A DNA stretch of 39,475 bases, taken from Candidatus Intestinimonas pullistercoris. Its GTDB lineage: Bacteria; Bacillota; Clostridia; Oscillospirales; Oscillospiraceae. Below, piece by piece: positions 9,778 through 16,517 of the stretch. The stretch lies in the NCBI GenBank assembly GCA_019119795.1, contig DWWJ01000091.1:1-39475 (forward strand). Direction: 5' to 3'. A program made the position numbers and the translations under genes. Under the pieces are notes generated by a model, which searched no databases, was not told the origin of the DNA, and saw only the letters and a list, made by a program, of their open reading frames with translations. Positions within the stretch are counted from its first letter, which is position 1. Every line of letters starts with the position of its first letter.

Positions 9778-10884
9778 ATGGAACCGATCCAAGCGCAGAT
9801 GGTGTTTTGCTGCGCGGAGCAGTGGATGGGCGGACGGTGCTGGCAGATCGAGCCCTGGGGCGACGGTCTGCGCCTGGACTGCGGCAGAGCCACCACCGGC
9901 GTCTACTGCATGGAGGCAGTGGACAGCGGGGAAAACGGCTTTTGCTGGAGCCGGGCGGTGGTGGAGGCCGACCTGCCGCCGGACACCGCCCTGCGGGTGT
10001 ACGCCTACGCCTCCGACAGCCGGAGCTGGGGGGAGTGGTCCGACCTGGACGAGGCCATCCGGGGCCTGGAGGGGGACCCCCTGCCGGTCCTCCGGGAGGT
10101 CTTCGGTCCCCCGGCGGCGGAGAGCGGCGACTTCTTCATCCGGCCCCAGGGGCGGTACCTGTGGCTCATGTTCGAGCTGGCGGCCACCGGCTCGGCCTCC
10201 CCGGTGATCCGGGCCCTGCGGCTGTGGATGCGGGGGGACCACATGGTGGACTATCTGCCCGCCATCTACCAGGAGGAGGACTTCACTCGGCGGTTCCTCT
10301 CCATCTTCAACAGCATGTACGCCGACATGGAGCGGGCCATCGACGGCCTGCCGGGCCAGATGGACTACGAGCACACCAGCGGCGCGCTGCTGCGGTATCT
10401 GGCCTCCTGGGTGTGCGTGGAGGGCGGGGACTCCGAGGAGGCGCTGCGCGCGCGCATCCGCACGGCCCTGCCGGACTATGAATCGCGCTACACGGTGGAG
10501 GGGGTGCGCCGGAGCGTCCGCCGCCTCACCGGGCGGGAGCCCATCCTTATCGAGCACTTTCAGGTCTCCCCTAACCGGCCGGACTGCGGGGACCCGGAGC
10601 TCTACCGGCGGCTCTACGGAGAGGACCCCTACCGCTTTTTCGTCCTGCTGCCGGAGGACACCTTCTCCAGCCAGCGGGAGCGGGAGGCCTTCCAGCGGGA
10701 CATGGAGGAGCTGATCCCGGCGGGCATGAGCATGCAGATGGTCCAGCTCAAATCCTGCATCCAGCTGGACTGGCACACCTATCTGGGGGTCAACTCCCGG
10801 GTGGGAGGCTACGTCCCCGCGGCCATTGACGAGCAGGTCACCATTCACTACGATACCACGATCGGAGGAGCCAGCCATGAATAA
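9778..10884 (+). CDS. Phage tail protein I (P2 gpI-like) domain baseplate protein
   Basis: DYLPAIYQEEDFTRRFLSIF, LLRYLASWV, YTVEGVRRSVRRLTG and ELIPAG. Follows the baseplate J-like genes. Confidence 0.8.
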   Translation: MEPIQAQMVFCCAEQWMGGRCWQIEPWGDGLRLDCGRATTGVYCMEAVDSGENGFCWSRAVVEADLPPDTALRVYAYASDSRSWGEWSDLDEAIRGLEGDPLPVLREVFGPPAAESGDFFIRPQGRYLWLMFELAATGSASPVIRALRLWMRGDHMVDYLPAIYQEEDFTRRFLSIFNSMYADMERAIDGLPGQMDYEHTSGALLRYLASWVCVEGGDSEEALRARIRTALPDYESRYTVEGVRRSVRRLTGREPILIEHFQVSPNRPDCGDPELYRRLYGEDPYRFFVLLPEDTFSSQREREAFQRDMEELIPAGMSMQMVQLKSCIQLDWHTYLGVNSRVGGYVPAAIDEQVTIHYDTTIGGASHE

Positions 10885-12655
10885 CGCCAATCTTTTCCCC
10901 TTTGAGCGCAACCGGTACTTTTACGGAAAGCTGCTCACCGTCCGGGACTTCGAGGTGGAGCAGCGCTACCACAGCGGCAAGCGGGCGCTGCTCAACCGGC
11001 TGGTCCACGGCGCCGGCGTGGTGTGCGGCCTGGGCGTCACCGCCAGCGACGAGTCCACCCTGATGATCGAGAGCGGCATGGCCCTGGACTACCAGGGCCG
11101 GGAGATCGTGCTGCCCGAGGCCCTGTTCCGGAAGCTGCAGATGCTGGAGGGCCAGGAGACCCTCTCCGGCAAAAAGGACGCCTATCTCTGCCTGACCTAC
11201 GCCGAGGAGGACGTGGAGCCGGTGAACGCCACCGGCAGCCAGGCGGGAGACCAGCGGCAGTTCGACCTGACCCGGGAGGGCTACCGCCTCTTCCTCACCA
11301 GCGAGGCCCCCGACTACCGGACCCTGCTGGAGGCCGCCGGACGGGAGAACGTCTCCGTGCTCTACCAGAGCGAGGACCTGATCCTGGTGCTCTCGGTGCC
11401 GGCCGACCTGTGCGCCGGGGAGGAGTTTCAGGCCCAGGTCCTGGTGGTGAAAAACGAGAAGACCCCGCCGGTCCAGTTCTCCCTGGAGGGGGAGAACACC
11501 TTCGTGGAGAGCGACAACGGCCGGGTCCTGCTCTCCTACCGGGAGAGCCAGGAGGAGAAGCGGTGCGTCTACACCGTGGACTTCCCCCTCCGGGCCCGGG
11601 CCCTCACCGATGTGGACAGCCAGCTCTTCCCCTCCGGCTGTGAGCTCAATGTGGAGCTGGGCAGCCACCACTACAAAAACTACCTCAACCTCGAGGCCGG
11701 GGTCCGGCTGTGCCGGGACCAGGAGGCCTGCCGCCGGCGCCGCCGGGAGCGGGACGACCTGGACCGCCACCTCCGGGGCCGGGACCTGCCCATCTATCTG
11801 GCCAAGCTGGAGCTCATCCACTCCGCCGGAGGGGTCTTTGTGGGGGCGGTGACCAGCCTGCCCTTCCAGCAGACCATGACCGGGGAGCGGGACGCCCAGA
11901 CAGGGGGCGCCGGCGAGCTGACCGTGACCACCTCGGTGCGGAGCCTGGAGTACTGGCAGAAGCCCGATGTGAAGGCGGTCTACCAGCCCTCCACCGGGGG
12001 GCTCCACCTGGACTTCGGCATCCCCTCCCCTGAGCAGTACGACTACGCCGTGGCCCACGGCACGGTGGACCTGACCATGCCCGGCGGCATCCGGGTCAAC
12101 AGCCGGGTCTTTTCCGAGGAGATCGCCCACGGTCTGGGGGCCGGAGCGGTGGATGTGCGCCTGAGCGTGGAGTTCGTGGACAGCGAAAAGGGGGAGACCG
12201 CCCTGCTGTGCGGCAACAGCGAGGTCTTCAAGTCCAAGAGCCTCAAGATTGCGCCCCCCTGGGTGGAGGCGGCGGCGGTGGTCTACCCGGAGCGGGGCAC
12301 CATGCGCATCGGGCTCTGGCTCCACGACACGGTGGAGGGGAACCTGGTGCGGGTCCACTACTTCGCCCAGAAGCCGGAGCGGGACACCAGCCGCATCCTG
12401 TCCCAGCGGCGGGTGAGCCTGAAGGTGACCCCGGAATTCTCCCGGCTGAGCTGCCGGGGCAAGCTGCAGTTCCAGGCAGAGGTGGTGGGCTCCGAGGACA
12501 AGAGCGTCACCTGGAGCGTGAAGGAGGAGAACAGTGGCGTCATCGACCGCAACGGCCTCTATCAGGCGCCGGAGCTGCCGGGGACCTATGAGATCACTGC
12601 GGTGGCCGGAGCCGACGAGTCTGTGAGCGCCAGCGCCTTTGTCATCGTGGAGTAA
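10877..12655 (+). CDS. Putative CIS fibre/baseplate-attached protein (Afp13-like N-terminus) with C-terminal Ig-like domain
   Basis: ATG at 10877 after GGAGGAG, overlapping the upstream stop. N-terminal FERNRYFYGKLLTVRDFEVEQRY..GAGVVCGLGV..GMALDYQGREI. C-terminal Big_2-like VTP..QFQAEV..SVTWSV..GVIDRNGLYQAP..GTYEITA. Confidence 0.72.
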   Translation: MNNANLFPFERNRYFYGKLLTVRDFEVEQRYHSGKRALLNRLVHGAGVVCGLGVTASDESTLMIESGMALDYQGREIVLPEALFRKLQMLEGQETLSGKKDAYLCLTYAEEDVEPVNATGSQAGDQRQFDLTREGYRLFLTSEAPDYRTLLEAAGRENVSVLYQSEDLILVLSVPADLCAGEEFQAQVLVVKNEKTPPVQFSLEGENTFVESDNGRVLLSYRESQEEKRCVYTVDFPLRARALTDVDSQLFPSGCELNVELGSHHYKNYLNLEAGVRLCRDQEACRRRRRERDDLDRHLRGRDLPIYLAKLELIHSAGGVFVGAVTSLPFQQTMTGERDAQTGGAGELTVTTSVRSLEYWQKPDVKAVYQPSTGGLHLDFGIPSPEQYDYAVAHGTVDLTMPGGIRVNSRVFSEEIAHGLGAGAVDVRLSVEFVDSEKGETALLCGNSEVFKSKSLKIAPPWVEAAAVVYPERGTMRIGLWLHDTVEGNLVRVHYFAQKPERDTSRILSQRRVSLKVTPEFSRLSCRGKLQFQAEVVGSEDKSVTWSVKEENSGVIDRNGLYQAPELPGTYEITAVAGADESVSASAFVIVE

Positions 12656-12684
12656 GGCCGGAGGGCGGCCGGCAGAGAGGAGCG

Positions 12685-13422
12685 GTGTGCGTGGGAGCCA
12701 TGCTGGTACGGGAGCGGTATAAAGTGGTGTGGGTGCTGGACGCCCGGGAGGATTACGCCTTTGCCGAGGCGGTGGACATCCTGGACCGGGAAAAGGGCGC
12801 CTGCCTGCTCAACATCTACGAGGGACCCCTTCTGCGCGCCTACCTGCCCTGCTTCGACCAGATGCAGAACTGCCCGGCCTTCCGGGGCATGTTCCTGGAC
12901 GGGGAGAGCCTGGTGACGGTCTTTGACACCTGCGGGGGCGAGCCCATCGACCGGGTCTTCTACCGGGGGGACCACCACGACTGGAGGACCCGCCTGGACT
13001 ATGCCGAGCGGCTGCTCCACCAGGCTCTGAGCATGGCGGACCTGCCCCCGGAGGTGAGCTGCGCCGCCATGCTCTCGGAGAATGTCCGGATCGACCTCAA
13101 GGGCGACACTCTGGCCCTGCGCTTCCAGGTGGTCCCCCTGGAGGGGATGAACCCCCGGGAGCTGGTCTACCTGACCTGCGACCAGCTCCGGAAGATCCTG
13201 CTGCCCCGGTTCGCCTCCCCTGTGGAGGAGCTGGCGCTGCTGGATGAGCTGGACCAGGGCGCCTGCCGGAGTGTGGTCCAGCTCTACGCCCTGTGGCGGG
13301 AGCGGGAGGGGGCCCTCCGGGCCGCCTATGAGGCGCTGGACAAAAAGAACTTCTTCCGGCGCTGGTGTGCCCTGCTGTGGGGGCGCTGCAAGCGCTGGGC
13401 CGCCCGGCGGAAGCGGAGGTAA
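12685..13422 (+). CDS. Hypothetical protein, probable degenerate Ser/Thr-kinase-like fold (pseudokinase)
   Basis: The order RYKVVWVL / AEAVD..CLLNIY / GMFLDGESLVTVFDTCGGEPI / WRTRLDYAERLL / AMLSENVRI parallels the Hanks subdomains. No Gly loop, AxK, HRD or DFG. Start uncertain (12685/12691/12700). Confidence 0.5.
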   Translation: MCVGAMLVRERYKVVWVLDAREDYAFAEAVDILDREKGACLLNIYEGPLLRAYLPCFDQMQNCPAFRGMFLDGESLVTVFDTCGGEPIDRVFYRGDHHDWRTRLDYAERLLHQALSMADLPPEVSCAAMLSENVRIDLKGDTLALRFQVVPLEGMNPRELVYLTCDQLRKILLPRFASPVEELALLDELDQGACRSVVQLYALWREREGALRAAYEALDKKNFFRRWCALLWGRCKRWAARRKRR

Positions 13423-13427
13423 GGACC

Positions 13428-16052
13428 ATGGAGAGACTGAAAAAATGGGGCGTTTTCCTGGTGCTCCTGGCCCTTGTGGGGTCAGGAGCCGCCCTGCTGT
13501 TCTGGGGCCTGGGTGCAGAGTGCCTCTCGGTCCTGAGAACGGGGACCGGACAGACCCAATACCTGCTCACCGCCGCCGACGCGGAGGGGAACATCTATGC
13601 CCTGGGCCGGTCAGAGGAGGGCTATGAGCTCGTCATCGGGGACGCCGACGGCCGGCGGACCGACCGCTGGACCCTGACCGCGGAGGGCCTGCCCCAGGAG
13701 AGCTGGCCCGCGGCGGTCTACCCGGCCTCCGGCGGAGCGGTCTATCTGGGCCTTTACCAGACAGAGGGGGCGGAGACCCACCTCCAGCTCTACCGCCTCA
13801 CCGACCAGGGCAGGACGGCCGAGCTGCTGCTTGATGAGCCCTGCCAGGGGGAGAGCCTTCCGGAGCAGATGGACAGCCTCCGGTTCTCCGCCTTCTCGGA
13901 GGTGGACAGCGTGGTCACCTTCGCGGTGATCGAGGGGGACACGGCCCGGTTTTACCAGCGGACCAGCGCAAGCAGCGGGCTGGAGCTGCTCCAGGAGGTG
14001 ACGGAGCCCGGCTTACATACCGCCATGGCCCTCTCGGACGGCTCCATGGTCCTGGCCGCCGGGGAGGGGCTGGTCCGGACCAGTGGAGAGACCATCGCCC
14101 TGGAGGGGAATGAGACTGTCATACGGCTGCTTCAGGCTGGCACCGGCATCTACTATGTGGATGGCGCCAGTCTTGCGGTGTTTTATGCAGATTATGCCGA
14201 CTGGCGGCCCTACTCCTTCCTGGAGCTGTCCAAGGACGCCTATGACCTGGACGCATGCACCGACCTGTGGGTGACCCGGAACGGGGACGCCCTGCTGCTG
14301 ATGGACGGGCAGCGGCTGCTGATGGACCGGGGGAGCACCGTGTCCGACCTGACGGGATTGCTCTACCGGCCGGCATCCCAGTGCGTCCTGATCCTGCTGG
14401 GACTGGTCCTGGGGGTCCTGGTGGTGACCACCCTGCTGTGGTATCTGGTCTGTGAGGAGCGGCGCTTCCGCCTGCCGATGCTGGTGCGCTGGGGCGTCCT
14501 CCTGGCCGCGGCGGCCGCCCTGGGTGTGGCGGCGCTGCTGCGGTGGGGGGTGGCCCCTGCGGCCCAGGCCGCCGTGGAGCGGGAGGCCGCCGGCCTGCTG
14601 GGCAGCGTGACGGCCCAGGTCCTCCAGGAGAGCACCCTGGCGGAGGAGGACCTGCCGGAGCGGCTGGGGAACAGCCTGGCCGGAGCGGCCGGCGGGGCCT
14701 ACCGGGACACCGCCGTCTCGGTCTACCAGCAGGACGGGGCGGGGACCTGGACCCTGGTGGGGAGCAACGGGAGCCTTCCGGCGGGGACCCGGGCGGAGCT
14801 GAGCCCCAGCTTTGACCGGGCCCAGGCGGAAAGGGCCGCCCAGGAGGGCGCCGCCCTGTGGACCCGCACCCAGGGCGGGCAGCGCCGCTGCCTCCTCTAC
14901 CAGTGGGAGGGAGGGCTCCTTCTGGCGGTGGACACCGACCTCACCGCCCTCCTGGAGGCGGGGGAGGCCGATTACCAGTGGATGGTCCAGGGGCTCACCG
15001 CCCTGGCCGTGCTGCTGACGGCCCTGAGCCTGGCCATTTTGTGCTGGATCACCATTGGCCTGCGCCGGGCCCTGAACGGCATGGAGCGCATGGCGGCGGG
15101 GGAGCGGGGCGTCAGGGTCGCCCTGGGGGGCGGCGACGAGCTCGCCAGCCTGGCCGACGACATCAACGCCTTCTCCGACACCCTCCAGGAGCTGGACCGG
15201 GCGCAGAATGAGCTGGCCCAGTCCTACCGGCGGTTCGTACCGGAGCGGGTCCTCTCCCTGCTGGGCAAGACCAGCATCGCCGAGGTGGATAAGCAGACCT
15301 TCGTCTCCCGGCACCTGGCCACCATGATGCTCTCCTTCCATTTCCCGCCCCAGGTCTACGGCAAGAGCGGCCGGGAGCTCTTTGACAACATCAACGAGAT
15401 CATCGGGCGCACGGCCTCCATCGTGACCCAAAAGGGGGGCGCGGTCTTCAACTTCGCCTATAACGGCTACGACGCCGTCTTCGAGGAGGGGAGCGCCGCG
15501 GCGGTGAGCACCGCCGTGGCCGTCCAGCAGGCCGTCCTGGAGATCAACAAGGAGCGGGAGGTGGACGGCCGCTCCCCGGTGGTCATGCGCATCGCCCTGG
15601 ATGAGGGCAATGTGATGCTGGGCGTGGTGGGTGACGAGGACCAGATCGAGCCGACCTCCATCTCCTCCAGCTTCTCCATCACCAAGCACCTCATGGCCCT
15701 CTGCGGCCGGCTGGAGGCCAACATCCTCTGCACCGAGGCGGTGGTCGAGGCGGCGGAGCGCTACGGCAGCCGCTACATGGGCAAGTGCCGGGAGGGGGGC
15801 GAGACCGTCCGGATCTACGAGATCTTCGACGGGGACCCCTATGACATCCGCAAGGTCAAGGAGAGCACGGGGAGCCTCTTCTCCGAGGGGGTCTACGCCC
15901 TCTACAGCCGGGACTTCTCCCGGGCCAAGCGCATTTTCCTCACCCTGGTCCACCACAACACCGGAGACGGCGGGGCCAGGTATTACCTCTATCTGGCTGA
16001 CCGGCTGGAAAAGCGGCCGGAGGAAGACATCACCCTGGATTCCGGCGGCTGA
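13428..16052 (+). CDS. Four-TM sensor with HAMP, degenerate class III adenylate/guanylate cyclase domain and TPR-like tail
   Basis: ATG at 13428. Four hydrophobic helices, HAMP (GMERMAAGE..GGDELASLADDINAF), linker SYRRFVPERVL, cyclase-like KGGAVFNFAYNG and RIALDEGNVMLGVVG, tail FSEGVYALYSRDFSRAKRIF..DGGARYYL. Confidence 0.8.
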   Translation: MERLKKWGVFLVLLALVGSGAALLFWGLGAECLSVLRTGTGQTQYLLTAADAEGNIYALGRSEEGYELVIGDADGRRTDRWTLTAEGLPQESWPAAVYPASGGAVYLGLYQTEGAETHLQLYRLTDQGRTAELLLDEPCQGESLPEQMDSLRFSAFSEVDSVVTFAVIEGDTARFYQRTSASSGLELLQEVTEPGLHTAMALSDGSMVLAAGEGLVRTSGETIALEGNETVIRLLQAGTGIYYVDGASLAVFYADYADWRPYSFLELSKDAYDLDACTDLWVTRNGDALLLMDGQRLLMDRGSTVSDLTGLLYRPASQCVLILLGLVLGVLVVTTLLWYLVCEERRFRLPMLVRWGVLLAAAAALGVAALLRWGVAPAAQAAVEREAAGLLGSVTAQVLQESTLAEEDLPERLGNSLAGAAGGAYRDTAVSVYQQDGAGTWTLVGSNGSLPAGTRAELSPSFDRAQAERAAQEGAALWTRTQGGQRRCLLYQWEGGLLLAVDTDLTALLEAGEADYQWMVQGLTALAVLLTALSLAILCWITIGLRRALNGMERMAAGERGVRVALGGGDELASLADDINAFSDTLQELDRAQNELAQSYRRFVPERVLSLLGKTSIAEVDKQTFVSRHLATMMLSFHFPPQVYGKSGRELFDNINEIIGRTASIVTQKGGAVFNFAYNGYDAVFEEGSAAAVSTAVAVQQAVLEINKEREVDGRSPVVMRIALDEGNVMLGVVGDEDQIEPTSISSSFSITKHLMALCGRLEANILCTEAVVEAAERYGSRYMGKCREGGETVRIYEIFDGDPYDIRKVKESTGSLFSEGVYALYSRDFSRAKRIFLTLVHHNTGDGGARYYLYLADRLEKRPEEDITLDSGG

Positions 16053-16081
16053 GGCCGGAGCGGGAAAGGAGGGGAGCCCCG

Positions 16082-16486
16082 ATGGGGACCACACAGCTTG
16101 ACATGATCCGCCGGCAGGCGGAGGCGGCGGTCCGGAGCAAGGCTTCCGGGGCGGCGGCCCGCCTGCGCCGGGAGACCAGCCTGGTGAACCAGGCCAGCCG
16201 CCTGACGGGCAAGGCCCTTCGGGACGGAGAGGAGGCCCTCCGGAGCCGGAGGGGGCGGGCCCGACGCTCCGCCAGAGCGGCGGTGGGGGCCACCGTGGCC
16301 ACGGCGCCGCCCCCCGTCCGCCCGGCGGCCGACGGCTATGTGCGCCGCTCCCCGGTGCAGCCGGTCCATGAGGCGGCAGACTACCGGAGGCGGCTGGTCC
16401 TGCGGGGCGTGCTGGTGGTAGTCCTGGCGGCGGCGGTCTGCGCGGGCGTCTTTTTCCTGAACCAGCTTGGTATCCTGGGCCGGTGA
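16082..16486 (+). CDS. Small basic protein with a single C-terminal transmembrane helix
   Basis: Strong AAGGAGG RBS. Arg-rich N-terminus and hydrophobic GVLVVVLAAAVCAGVFFL at the C-terminus. Confidence 0.7.
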   Translation: MGTTQLDMIRRQAEAAVRSKASGAAARLRRETSLVNQASRLTGKALRDGEEALRSRRGRARRSARAAVGATVATAPPPVRPAADGYVRRSPVQPVHEAADYRRRLVLRGVLVVVLAAAVCAGVFFLNQLGILGR

Positions 16487-16517
16487 GGCCGGAGAACGGG
16501 ACATAGGGGGATTTCCT

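Noticed and set aside
4671-16094. Very long minus-strand ORFs (4671-7295, 7612-10911, 10838-12358, 14013-16094)
   Set aside because: They mirror well-supported plus-strand genes and have no motifs. Such shadow ORFs are expected in high-GC DNA.
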